NCBI RefSeq assembly: GCF_013177435.1
Contig: NZ_CP053627.1
Coordinates: 2,370,001-2,402,000, forward strand
Length of the DNA: 32,000 nucleotides
From: Xylella taiwanensis
GTDB taxonomy: Bacteria; Pseudomonadota; Gammaproteobacteria; Xanthomonadales; Xanthomonadaceae
Direction: 5' to 3'
Each line of letters opens with the position of its first letter. Position 1 is the first letter of the stretch. Below, piece by piece: positions 22,777-32,000 of the stretch. Below the pieces are notes generated by a model. The model was given only the letters and a program-made list of their open reading frames with translations, searched no databases and was not told where the DNA came from. The position numbers and the translations under genes are program-made.

Positions 22777-23994
22777 ATGCAGACACCTGCCACTTCATTC
22801 CTACGTACCCTGTGCACCCTACGCTGGGTCGCCACTGCCGGGCAGGCGGTGACAATCCTGGTGACGACCAAGGCGATGGGCCTGGATCTGCCGCAGGTGC
22901 CACTGTGGGCCGGCGTATGTACGCTGACGCTGTTTAACCTATACGCGCAGCGCCACATTTCATACTCCGATACAACTTCACCAACCATCGAATTCAGCCA
23001 TATCCTGGTCGATGTCGCCGTGCTGACTTGGATGGTCGGCTGGAGTGGCGGCATCGGCAATCCGTTCGGCTCGCTGTTCCTGGTACTGATCGCACTGGCA
23101 GCGTTAGCGCTGCCGTTGCGTTGGGCCATGGCAGTAGCGACCGCCTGCATAACCGGCTATTTGGTCAGTGCCGCATTCGGCCTGCCACTGCCACACAACC
23201 ATTTCGATCCACTCGTCTTGCATATGTGGGGTATGGCAGCGAACTTCCTGCTCTCAACAGTAGTGGTGCTGGTGTTCACGACCCGGCTCGCACGGTCGCT
23301 ACGCGCCCGTGAACGCGAGATTTCGCTGCTACGTGATCGTTTCACACGCAATGAAGGCATCGTCGCCTTAGCAACGCATGCAGCTTCAGTTGCACACGAG
23401 CTCAACACTCCACTCGCCACCATGACGCTGCTCGCCGACGATGTCACCGAGCAGTGCCAGGACCTTGAGTTACGTGAGGACTTGGACACACTACGCGAGC
23501 TACTGACGCAATGCCGCAAACGCGTGCTGGCGCTCGCCGCACCGGCCGATAAGCTAAACGTTGATATCTCGATGCAGAACGTGCTGGATCAGTGGCAACT
23601 AGTGCGTCCGACGATCCATCTGCAACGCAACGAGGATGCGCCGCTGCAATTAATGCTGGAACCTGGAGTAGGCCACCTGCTCATGGTGCTACTCAATAAT
23701 GCCGCCGATGCTGGGGAACGCAGCGACAGAAGGCAAGTCGACTTGAATGTCCATATACAGGATGGCCAATTACACGGCGAGGTGCGCGACTACGGCTCTG
23801 GTTTCGGCACTACCCAGGCACTCTTGCCAGGAACGCTGTTCAACACGCAAAAAGCCAACAGCATGGGCGTCGGTCTGGCGTTGTCCCATGCTACCGTGGA
23901 ACGTCTGCAAGGCGAGATTTGGATGCAACCCGCCAACGGCCACGGCACCCGAGTAAGCTTTCGGCTGCCACTGAAGGAAACACCCACGGCATGA
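22777..23994 (+). CDS. RegB/PrrB/ActS-family redox-sensing histidine kinase (called RegS in some xanthomonad annotations)
   Basis: The N-terminus is multi-TM and contains the RegB ubiquinone-site heptapeptide GGxxNPF (GGIGNPF, nt 23047-23067). The H-box is SVAHELNTPL. A Cys flanked by basic residues (LTQCRKRV, nt 23512-23514) lies 39 residues after the phospho-His, matching the RegB redox-box position. The HATPase N and G boxes are LLNNAADA and DYGSGF. GGAG lies 4 nt before the ATG. Confidence 0.85.
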   Translation: MQTPATSFLRTLCTLRWVATAGQAVTILVTTKAMGLDLPQVPLWAGVCTLTLFNLYAQRHISYSDTTSPTIEFSHILVDVAVLTWMVGWSGGIGNPFGSLFLVLIALAALALPLRWAMAVATACITGYLVSAAFGLPLPHNHFDPLVLHMWGMAANFLLSTVVVLVFTTRLARSLRAREREISLLRDRFTRNEGIVALATHAASVAHELNTPLATMTLLADDVTEQCQDLELREDLDTLRELLTQCRKRVLALAAPADKLNVDISMQNVLDQWQLVRPTIHLQRNEDAPLQLMLEPGVGHLLMVLLNNAADAGERSDRRQVDLNVHIQDGQLHGEVRDYGSGFGTTQALLPGTLFNTQKANSMGVGLALSHATVERLQGEIWMQPANGHGTRVSFRLPLKETPTA

Positions 23995-24569
23995 ATCACA
24001 CCGTCCCCAAAACCGGCTTGCTGGTCGACGACGACACACTATACCTGCGCACCCTACAGCGCAGTTTGCAGCGCCGTGGCGTAGACACCGTGACCGCGAC
24101 TGATACAGCAAGCGCGCTGGCCGCTGCACGTAGCGCACTGCCACATTTCACATTGCTCGACCTAAAACTCGGCGATGATTCAGGATTAGTGCTGATCCAA
24201 CAACTGCGTGCCATCCGCAGCGATATGCGAATCCTGCTGGTCACAGGGTACGCCAGCATCGCCACTGCGGTAGAAGCGATTAAGCGTGGTGCCGACGACT
24301 ATCTACCCAAACCGGCCAACATCAACACCATCTTGCGTGCAATCAGTGAAACCACGGAAGACCTATTAGCGCCGGCCAAGGACGAATCGGCTTTGAATAC
24401 GATGACTCCGCTCAGCCGCCTTCAGTGGGAGCATATCCAGCAAGCATTACACGAGACGGACGGCAACATCTCTGCAGCAGCACGCTTACTGGGCATGCAC
24501 CGGCGCTCGCTGCAACGCAAACTGACCAAGCGCCCCAGCCCTGGGACGCTACAGGATTCAGATCACTGA
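23991..24569 (+). CDS. RegA/PrrA/ActR-family response regulator (REC + Fis-type HTH)
   Basis: The receiver is LLVDDD...LLDLKLGDDSG...LLVTGYASI and the C-terminal Fis-like HTH is GNISAAARLLGMHRRSLQRKL. I trimmed the start from 23919 to ATG 23991, which overlaps the kinase stop as ATGA. Confidence 0.9.
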   Translation: MNHTVPKTGLLVDDDTLYLRTLQRSLQRRGVDTVTATDTASALAAARSALPHFTLLDLKLGDDSGLVLIQQLRAIRSDMRILLVTGYASIATAVEAIKRGADDYLPKPANINTILRAISETTEDLLAPAKDESALNTMTPLSRLQWEHIQQALHETDGNISAAARLLGMHRRSLQRKLTKRPSPGTLQDSDH

Positions 24570-25063
24570 AACGTGATGGCCAGGAAAGCACAAGGAACGT
24601 TCAACACCATTGTGAGAGCGTCGATACTCCATCTTGGGACCGTACTCCATCCACTCCTGTTGAAGAAGCTAGAGCATTGAGCGCCCCACACCAACGACGC
24701 TTGCTCAACATATCAATATTGGGCCCGAATCCAACTCCCTATCGAGACCTGAATCGCAGAGATCAACGAACACCAACAGTGGTACGCAGCGCCTGATGGT
24801 CCCCTCGCACCAGCAGTGCTTCACACCTTACACACTGAATCCATATGGTCGCTCCCAGATACACAAGGGTCCACGCTTCCAAGATCACCCTGCGCGCGCT
24901 GCTCCACATCTTCACTTTCAAGTCAGTGAACTGCTGCACAGCAACACTGTAGCCCTCAGCATCCTACATACCGCAGGCTCGCCAAGGGATAAACATATTA
25001 CGGATTCACATCAGCGCCTTCAGTGCTAAAACGCTGTCAACAGCAGAATCGTGGCGAACACGG

Positions 25064-25090
25064 AATTACAAAGCGGCGGCATACCACCGC
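25064..25090 (-). terminator. Candidate rho-independent terminator downstream of tsf
   Basis: On the minus strand the sequence reads GCGGUGG-UAUG-CCGCCGC, a 7-bp stem with one G.U pair, followed by UUUGUAAUU. It starts 32 nt after the tsf stop. Confidence 0.5.
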
Positions 25091-25122
25091 TCCTCGGAAC
25101 AAACACCTGACACATAGAGAAA

Positions 25123-26001
25123 TCAAGCCAAACCGGCCTGCTTCATCACTTCAGCAGCATAGTCTTCGACAACCTTCTCAACACCTTCGCCAACCTCCAG
25201 ACGCTGGAAACCAATCACATCGGCACCTGCCGCCTTCACCACTTGTCCGACACTCTGATCGGCATTGAGCACATACGGCTGGCCATATAAGGTCACCTCG
25301 TTGACTATTTTGTTGATCTTTCCACTGATAATTTTCTCCAAGATATCAGCAGGCTTGGATTTGTCTTTCTCAGACATCTTGCTCAGCTCGATCTCCTTTT
25401 CCTTTTCTAGAAACTCAGCTGAAACGTCTGCAACTTTGTTATATGGCGGGTTCATCGCTGCCACGTGCATCGCAATGCCACGAGCTAACTCGACATCGCC
25501 TCCCTGAACTTCAACCAATACACCGATACGACCACCATGCACATAGGCGGCAACATTATTTGTACTATCGATACGCACCAGACGACGCACCCGCACATTC
25601 TCGCCAACTTTAGCAATCACTGCGGCGCGAGCTTCCTCAACAGTCTCTCCAGAGAACAGCTTGACACTTTTTAAGGCTTCGGCATCGGTCACACCAGAAG
25701 CTAACGCAGCACCAGCAACAGCATCAGCAAATGCCAGGAAATGACCATCCTTGGCAACAAAATCGGTCTCTGAATTGATCTCGACCAGGACAGCTTTACC
25801 GCCATCCTGAACCACCACAATGCGGCCTTCAGCAGCGATACGCCCAGCCTTTTTATCAGCCTTGACCAAACCAGACTTGCGCAGCCATTCGACAGCAGCG
25901 TCGATATTGCCTGCATTTTCACTCAGCGCTTTCTTGCACTCCATCATGCCTACGCCGGTACGCTCGCGCAGTTCCTTGACCAGGGATGCAGTGATTTCCA
26001 T
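25123..26001 (-). CDS. tsf: Translation elongation factor Ts
   Basis: [26 protein letters not shown] is the canonical EF-Ts UBA-like N-terminus, and the dimerisation core follows. I trimmed the start from 26046 to ATG 26001. The product is 292 aa. Confidence 0.96.
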   Translation of the reverse strand: MEITASLVKELRERTGVGMMECKKALSENAGNIDAAVEWLRKSGLVKADKKAGRIAAEGRIVVVQDGGKAVLVEINSETDFVAKDGHFLAFADAVAGAALASGVTDAEALKSVKLFSGETVEEARAAVIAKVGENVRVRRLVRIDSTNNVAAYVHGGRIGVLVEVQGGDVELARGIAMHVAAMNPPYNKVADVSAEFLEKEKEIELSKMSEKDKSKPADILEKIISGKINKIVNEVTLYGQPYVLNADQSVGQVVKAAGADVIGFQRLEVGEGVEKVVEDYAAEVMKQAGLA

Positions 26002-26193
26002 AGGACTACCTCGTATATACAAAGGCTCAGGGCAGGCTATGCCCACCAGGGAGGACAGGCGAGAATTCGCCAGTCCTTATTATGTAGATGAAAATGCTGT
26101 GATCATCTCGGAACACGGGCCCACAGAAAATGATAGAGATGCCGAGAGGATCGTCGAGAACCGCGCTTAAGCGGAGCCGCATCGGAATACCGT

Positions 26194-26991
26194 TTACTCA
26201 GTCGCGGCATCCCCAGCCTTCTTGCCCTTCTTCGGCTGAGCATGGCGCCTCTTACCTTCATCGGCAGCAGAGGCGAACTCCTCCTCACGCACCGCAGCAG
26301 CGTTTGGCATTGCTGCCTTGCCTTCCAAAACAGCATCAGCAGCAGCACGTGCATACAGCTGCACAGCACGGATAGCATCGTCATTACCAGGAATCGGGTA
26401 ATCGACAAGTGACGGATCGTAGTTGGTGTCAACCACAGCCACAACTGGAATACCAAGCTTCTTAGCCTCCTTGATCGCAATGTCTTCATGACCAATATCG
26501 ATCACGAAAATGGCATCCGGAATACGGCTCATATCCTTAATGCCGCCTAGGGAAGCCTGCAATTTATCGCACTCACGACGCAGTCGCAGAACTTCATGTT
26601 TGACCAACTTACCGAAAGTACCATCTGTCTCAGCCAGTTCAAGCTCCTTCAGACGGCCGATCGATTGCTTAATAGTGCGGAAATTGGTCAACGTGCCGCC
26701 GAGCCAACGCTGGATCATGTACGGCATCCCACAACGCTCGGCTTCTTCTTTGATAGCATCCCGCGCACTGCGCTTAGTACCCAGGAACAGAACGGTGCCA
26801 CGCTTCTGTGCAACTGCGGAAAGGAAGTTCATCGCATCGTTGAACAGAGGAACGGTTTTTTCGAGATTGATAATGTGAATTTTCCCGCGGGCACCGAAGA
26901 TGTTAGGTGACATCTTGGGATGACGGTAACGGGTCTGGTGACCAAAATGGACACCAGCTTCCAACATCTGACGCATCGTAACTTGAGGCAT
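26194..26991 (-). CDS. rpsB: 30S ribosomal protein S2
   Basis: [27 protein letters not shown] is the canonical S2 N-terminus. I trimmed the start from 27120 to ATG 26991, which has an AGGAG SD 7 nt upstream. The gene sits in the conserved rpsB-tsf pair. Confidence 0.96.
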   Translation of the reverse strand: MPQVTMRQMLEAGVHFGHQTRYRHPKMSPNIFGARGKIHIINLEKTVPLFNDAMNFLSAVAQKRGTVLFLGTKRSARDAIKEEAERCGMPYMIQRWLGGTLTNFRTIKQSIGRLKELELAETDGTFGKLVKHEVLRLRRECDKLQASLGGIKDMSRIPDAIFVIDIGHEDIAIKEAKKLGIPVVAVVDTNYDPSLVDYPIPGNDDAIRAVQLYARAAADAVLEGKAAMPNAAAVREEEFASAADEGKRRHAQPKKGKKAGDAATE

Positions 26992-27339
26992 GACAGTACT
27001 CCTGGATAGTGGAATCTCCGATGTGCAGCCATATACACACGGTTCTGCGGGCTTTTTATTAAATAACCTGCATGATTCCTGGGTTAAACTTCCCTGCCAC
27101 CTCCGCATCGACCCCCTCATGGGAGCACCCCGACACAGATCAGCGGCGGCAGGTGTAGATTCGCCAGTGACGCCTGGCGTAGACGCTAGTTCTCACAGCA
27201 ATAAGCACCATCTGTGAAACACAACAGAGTCTAGCCGCTGAACTGCGCATCGCACAAGAGAGACCGACACGAAAAGCACGATTTGACCAGGGTGTGTTAA
27301 CACTGATGGTGCTGAGGCGATGTCCTTAAGGTAGTGAAC

Positions 27340-27790
27340 GTATGTAAATCACAGCCGCCCAATGCGAACAGGTCGAATACGGTCTGCCGAGGCAACGTGG
27401 CAACATCGGTCCGACGAACCTGCCAGCGCTCAACACCATTGCCAATGACCATCGCCCGCCCAAAGCACTTCAGTCACTGGCAGACGATTTACACACGCAT
27501 GAACCGTTGGGCGAAGTCGGGCATTCTGGATCGAGCTTTCGAGCCACTCCAGCAAGCACAGGTCATGCAGATCAAAATTCAGGCTGTGTCGCTCGACAGC
27601 GCCAATGCGAAGGTGCATCCACCAATGCAAGCGACACCGGATCGTATTCGGACCACCGATACCAGTCAGCACTAGCACCACACCCATATGGAAGGACGAG
27701 CCCGGCACCTCATTCTCCAACATATCCTGCGGTATCGATTTCTTATCAATCCACTCATCAGGCTATCAACTCAATTCGAGTTAACAAAAA
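27340..27790 (+). pseudogene. Decayed, truncated IS5-family (IS4/IS5 DDE, DUF4096-type N-terminus) transposase relic
   Basis: One frame reads ITAAQCEQVEYGLPRQRGN, which resembles the LTDAQWE.IEPLLP N-terminal motif. A second frame reads HWQTIYTRMNRWAKSGILDRAFEPLQQAQVMQIKIQAVSLDSANAKVH, which resembles W.tvy.RF.RW.K.GvwdrifeaL...l.iDsT.v.aH and includes the first catalytic D. The relic has frameshifts, a stop at 27673-27675 and no remaining DDE domain. I could not identify terminal inverted repeats. Confidence 0.6.
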
Positions 27791-27866
27791 GCTTCCAGAA
27801 AAATGCTAGATGGCTCTACTGTGTCGTCCTCTATAGAGATTTGTTATTACATATTATAAAAAAGTA

Positions 27867-27895
27867 TTGACGCCCATACAGAAATTACAGATAAT
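27867..27895 (+). promoter_or_regulatory. Sigma70-type promoter for tRNA-Arg
   Basis: TTGACG (27867-27872), a 17-nt spacer and GATAAT (27890-27895) end 28 nt upstream of the mature tRNA 5' end. An A/T-rich UP-like tract (ATTACATATTATAAAAAAGTA) precedes the -35 element. Confidence 0.5.
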
Positions 27896-27923
27896 TACCG
27901 GCTTATTTACCCATACAAAATAC

Positions 27924-28001
27924 GCGCCCGTAGCTCAGCTGGATCAGAGTACCTGGCTACGAACCAGGCGGTCGGGAGTTCGAATCTCTCCGGGCGCGCC
28001 A
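27924..28001 (+). tRNA. tRNA-Arg (anticodon ACG)
   Basis: I folded the cloverleaf by hand. The acceptor is GCGCCCG/CGGGCGC, the D arm GCTC..GAGT, the anticodon stem CCTGG/CCAGG with loop CTACGAA (ACG), the variable loop CGGTC and the T arm GGGAG-TTCGAAT-CTCTC. Discriminator G and an encoded CCA follow. It is close to E. coli argV-type tRNA as I recall it. Confidence 0.93.
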
Positions 28002-28423
28002 TGTTTTTTAAGAACCCCGTCTACAAGCGGGTTTCTTGCCACCCATCGAAGATACTACAGAATCGCGATCGTCATACTGATGATCTCGGTGTTGGTTTGG
28101 TTATGAATGCTGCCAAGTCATAAGTTTGGCGGAATCGAATCCTCTGTCCAGTAAGCACCTTATGGCAGTGCCAATGGATATCAGGTATCTGCCGGCAATA
28201 TCTTCTTCCCCCCGATGATCGCCCCGAAAGTGCACTGCGACTTCAAGTGCAGCGGCAGTATCCAACGGCACTGGCATCGCGCACACTCAAGCAAAGTGAT
28301 GACTGCCAGAACGAAGGTATCTACCTGTAAATCACCTGCCCATTGCATCAAATCAATGCATTGAAAATGGGGCGAGGCAACGTTATCCGCGCCCCACAAT
28401 CTGTTTGTTAAAAACTCCCACAC

Positions 28424-30184
28424 ATGCATGCACCCCATACACCCAGCCGCTTACAACGCCTGAGCCACTTGCACGTCTTGTGGCCATTCATGCGGCGCCA
28501 TCTTGGCTTGTTCTTCGCATGGTTGATTGCATTGGCAGTCTCTTCAACAGCAACACTCATTCTGCCAAGCGCTTTCAAACAGATGATCGACCACGGTTTC
28601 TCCAGCGAGGGACAGATCAATCGAACATTCACTCTCCTATTGGTAGTGGCCGTAATCCTGGCAGTGGGCACTGCTGCACGTCTGTTCTTCGTTTCGCTGT
28701 TAGGTGAAAAGATCACGATCAACCTGCGCAGCCAGTTGTACGCACATCTCATAGGATTGGACGCTAGCTTTCACGATCGTCACCGCAGCAATGAACTGCT
28801 GTCGCGCTTGGCCACCGACAGTGAACTGCTACGCTCAATCATCGGTTCCACAATGTCAGTAGCGGTGCGTAGCACCGTGACAGCAATCGGCAGTCTAATG
28901 ATGTTATTCATCGCCAGCACACGCCTCGCCAGCCTCTCGCTGGTCGTCATTCCACTCGTGGTACTACCCATTGTCTTAGGCGCACGACGCCTCCAAAAGG
29001 CCGCACGCACCAGTCAGGACCGCATTGCCGACACCAATACCTTTGCCGCAGAAACACTGAGTGCTGTACGCACAGTGCAAGCCTATGCACGTGAAAACTA
29101 CGAGCGCACACGCTTCAATCGCACCCTGGAAACGAGTTTGCGTACCGCGCGACAACGCATTTATACCCAGACCTGGGTAACTGGTGCAGCCATCGTGCTG
29201 GTATTCAGTGCAATCGTTGGGGTGTTATGGGTGGGCGCACACGATGTCATCGCTGGCCGGATGAGCGCGGGTACACTCGGTCAGTTTGTCCTATACGCAC
29301 TGATCGGCGGTGGTTCCATCGGTGCACTCGCTGAAGTTTGGAACGAGCTACAGCGCGCCACTGGTGGTATGGGCCGGATTTTCGAATTACTCAAAGAGCA
29401 AAGCACGCTCACCGTACCAGCCAAGCCAGTACCGCTACCACATCCATTGCATGGGGACATCCGGTTTGAACGTGTCAGTTTCCACTATCCACAACGACCG
29501 GAAACACCAGCACTTGATGGAATCGATCTGCATGTGCGTCCTGGTGAGACCATCGCTCTTGTCGGCCCATCCGGTGCGGGCAAAAGTACCCTGCTGTCGC
29601 TGTTACTACGCTTCTATGATCCTTCCTATGGACGCATATTGATTGATGGTGTGGACCTGCGCCAAACCGATCCGATGGCATTACGGGAACACATTGCGCT
29701 GGTACAGCAACAACCGACGTTGTTCACCACGAACGCCATCGAAAATATCCGTTATGGACGACTGGACGCCACAGTCACCGAAATCGAGACCGCCGCACGT
29801 TCGTCCGAGGCCGATCGCTTCATCAGCGCCCTACCACAGGGCTATGCTACCGAACTGGGCGAACACGGTATGTCCCTGTCCGGCGGCCAGCAGCAACGTA
29901 TCGCAATCGCCCGCGCATTGCTCAAGGACGCCCCAATCCTGCTACTGGATGAAGCCACCAACGCACTTGATGCACAAAGCGAGCAGGCAGTGCAACAAGC
30001 ATTGGAACGACTGATGGCCGGGCGCACTACATTGATAATCGCACACCGCTTGGCCACCATCCTTCAAGCTGACCGAATCGTCGTGATCGATCAGGGCAGG
30101 ATCGTAGCGCAGGGGACGCACAACGAACTCATCGCCGCTGGAGGCCTATACGCGAAGCTGGCGCGTCTGCAATTCATCGAATAA
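28424..30184 (+). CDS. Fused TMD-NBD ABC exporter (MsbA/ABCB-type half transporter)
   Basis: The 586-aa product has a 6-TM ABC_membrane domain followed by an NBD. Walker A is GPSGAGKST, the Q-loop is present, the signature is LSGGQQQRIAIARAL, Walker B is ILLLDEATNALD and the H-loop is IIAHRL. There is no N-terminal C39 peptidase domain. Confidence 0.92.
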   Translation: MHAPHTPSRLQRLSHLHVLWPFMRRHLGLFFAWLIALAVSSTATLILPSAFKQMIDHGFSSEGQINRTFTLLLVVAVILAVGTAARLFFVSLLGEKITINLRSQLYAHLIGLDASFHDRHRSNELLSRLATDSELLRSIIGSTMSVAVRSTVTAIGSLMMLFIASTRLASLSLVVIPLVVLPIVLGARRLQKAARTSQDRIADTNTFAAETLSAVRTVQAYARENYERTRFNRTLETSLRTARQRIYTQTWVTGAAIVLVFSAIVGVLWVGAHDVIAGRMSAGTLGQFVLYALIGGGSIGALAEVWNELQRATGGMGRIFELLKEQSTLTVPAKPVPLPHPLHGDIRFERVSFHYPQRPETPALDGIDLHVRPGETIALVGPSGAGKSTLLSLLLRFYDPSYGRILIDGVDLRQTDPMALREHIALVQQQPTLFTTNAIENIRYGRLDATVTEIETAARSSEADRFISALPQGYATELGEHGMSLSGGQQQRIAIARALLKDAPILLLDEATNALDAQSEQAVQQALERLMAGRTTLIIAHRLATILQADRIVVIDQGRIVAQGTHNELIAAGGLYAKLARLQFIE

Positions 30185-30224
30185 ACAGGTCACCGCAACG
30201 CGGCTGCAAACAACTGTGCTCTCT

Positions 30225-30256
30225 ATCACCTGACAAGAGTCAGGGTGATGTTTTGT
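30225..30256 (+). terminator. Rho-independent terminator of the ABC exporter gene
   Basis: ATCACCTGAC-AAGA-GTCAGGGTGAT forms a 10-bp stem with one bulged G, followed by GTTTTGTG. It starts 41 nt after the stop codon. Confidence 0.55.
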
Positions 30257-32000
30257 GAGCAGTTTTCCACCATCAGCACTGACCGTTACCCGAGCACGGT
30301 CATCGCATCCTCTGACAACCAGCCCTGACAACTTAAGCGCAAGATGCCTCACCGTAGGCACTCGCTGATAACCGTAAACAGCATCACTCTGGCTGACGTC
30401 ACAGAACAAGCAGACAGCATTGCTCATGTTCATGCCTGGCATCTGTATAAACAATGCACGCAGATGATGCATCTGCGCACTGGTATTTTCTGGTGCACGC
30501 TACAACTTCACAAACCCGATATAGGCTATCAACCTTAGCGATAGTGATGCTCGCTTACCGGTGTCACAGCAACAACACAAAGCGCCTACATTACCCTTGC
30601 CAAATGTCATCAATCACACGATGCCATTCCTTTCCTTCTTGACGATTCACCTGTGCTGGCACCACACCTGTGTCGCCCCACCGCTGTTCACCATGCTGGT
30701 AGTGCAGTGTAGAGCGCTCCGCATCAACGCATGCACCTGGACACGCTAATGCTCGCTGACAGACATGAGCGACACCGTCTACGCATCCATTGCCGAGTGT
30801 CACCTGCTGATCCTATTAAGCATACAACCATCATTACCAGCCAACGTACCGCGCTCGCGGATAAATGGCTACCTTATAGGCATCCAGCGTCGGTATGCTG
30901 CAATGATCTGATCTTCCCAAAACAAAGCGGAGCATCGAAATACAAGTCATTGACCATTGTTTCCCAGTAGCCAAGCTACAAGCAACCTTGGCACTGCCGA
31001 CAAATCGCCTCGCAGGGTGAAACACCGGTGAGTAACACCAGCACATGGCAGTAACACAACACGTTAAACGTCGCCCTCAGGGCGTTACGTGCGCTGCAAA
31101 ACCCACCTTATCCATCAGGTACGACAAACACCTTCGCTTCGTCAGACATATAAGTCGACTAGAAGCAGTGGGAAGCCATCCGAATCCATTCGCTGCTGGA
31201 TCAACGTTCATAAGGAACCAGAATCTATCGCCATACCGAGAACACCTCAACCATCACCTAAAATCGTTCCACTGCAAACCAAGTTCCTAACATCTTGGCA
31301 AGAGCACCGAGATTCTCAATGCAATGTGCTGAGTAGCTCATCGAATTAAAATAGTTTTATGTACTTAATCGAGACAAAATCATGATCCAGAGGCGGCACT
31401 TTCAACACGCACAGCATCATCTAACTTATGGATGATCCTCGAATCTCAACTCTTTCCGGAGGCAAGGATGGACGACATCGCTATCGCCTTTGGTGCGTTC
31501 GAACTCAACATGTACAAGCACTCCAACGACAAGAACAACCTGCTCAGCAAAGTAATTCGCACGCATTATCAACGCATGACCTCCAATCACCTATTCGACA
31601 ACGTACGTAGCCACGAGCTACATAGCCCACGCCGTCAACAACGGATCAACATCAGTAACCATTCTTCACGATGATGAGCAACAATTCCGCGATCGCCTCT
31701 TGATGAGCCGCTCCGGCACCAGAAGCACACAGATGTATGAGATATCTTGGAATACTGCCCAAAGGCGTACTCAACAGACACTTGAAAACGTCTCAGAAGC
31801 ACGGTTCGCCTCTTGGCGAACTTGGGATCGCATACCTAACATTAGCTTTTACGAAGCCCTTCACACTATCTTAAAGATGCGTTACACGTCGCTGATAATC
31901 TGTGACATGACCTCACACTCCAGTACAGTGCAGATCCTGGCGCACATCCACACCAACGTGGACTTTATTCCTAAAGGCATATATGCCGCACACGATGACG

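Noticed and set aside
26992-27110. A possible rpsB promoter (TTAACC-18 nt-TTTAAT on the minus strand) and S2 autoregulatory leader.
   Set aside because: The hexamers are only moderate matches, and I cannot verify the conserved rpsB leader pseudoknot by eye. That is too weak to list as a feature.
28125-28155. The tRNA-like segment GGCGGAATCGAATCCTCTGTCCA lies 125 nt downstream of tRNA-Arg. It could be a duplicated tRNA 3' end (att site) or a second tRNA.
   Set aside because: Only the TCGAATC T-loop heptamer and a few flanking bases match. The flanks do not form a T stem or acceptor stem, and identity to the real tRNA 3' end is too short to call an att repeat.
30146-30472. A 108-aa minus ORF containing NAVCLFCDVSQSDAVYGY, which loosely recalls the C.FC start of HIT-family hydrolases.
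   Set aside because: There is no His-x-His-x-His-x-x HIT motif downstream. The ORF overlaps the ABC exporter 3' end and its terminator hairpin, and it has no SD.

Overview
Mostly core housekeeping DNA from a gammaproteobacterium of the Xanthomonadales/Lysobacterales type. Protein signatures, gene order, mid-50s %GC in genes (judged by eye) and many decayed spacers suggest a reduced Xylella-like genome; this is inference, not a search result. Left to right: an edge-truncated Cys-rich repeat protein (-), epmA (-), GNAT acetyltransferase (-), long-form ligA (-), a 1.2 kb gene-less gap, zipA (-), smc (-), rplI/rpsR/rpsF (-), a HesB/IscA Fe-S protein (-), asnS (+), a lower-GC segment holding an isolated ABC-2 (Wzm/Wzt-type) polysaccharide exporter pair (+) and a frameshifted DUF4190-like small membrane gene, pyrD-murB-EamA transporter with overlapping stop/start codons (+), PAP2 phosphatase and ispG (-), a RegB/RegA-type redox two-component pair (+), tsf and rpsB (-), a decayed IS5-family transposase relic, tRNA-Arg(ACG) with a near-consensus promoter, a fused MsbA-like ABC exporter (+), and a 1.8 kb lower-GC tail with no convincing long gene. 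I see no rRNA, CRISPR array, intact mobile element, prophage or recognisable defence or toxin system. I found no convincing novel multi-gene system. The most unusual points are that about 27% of the window lacks intact genes, that every spacer is A+C-rich on the + strand, the orphan exporter island between asnS and pyrD, and a few small or interrupted ORFs. Several ORF-track starts are N-terminal over-extensions and were trimmed using conserved N-termini. Two ORFs that run off the window edges are missing from the track.
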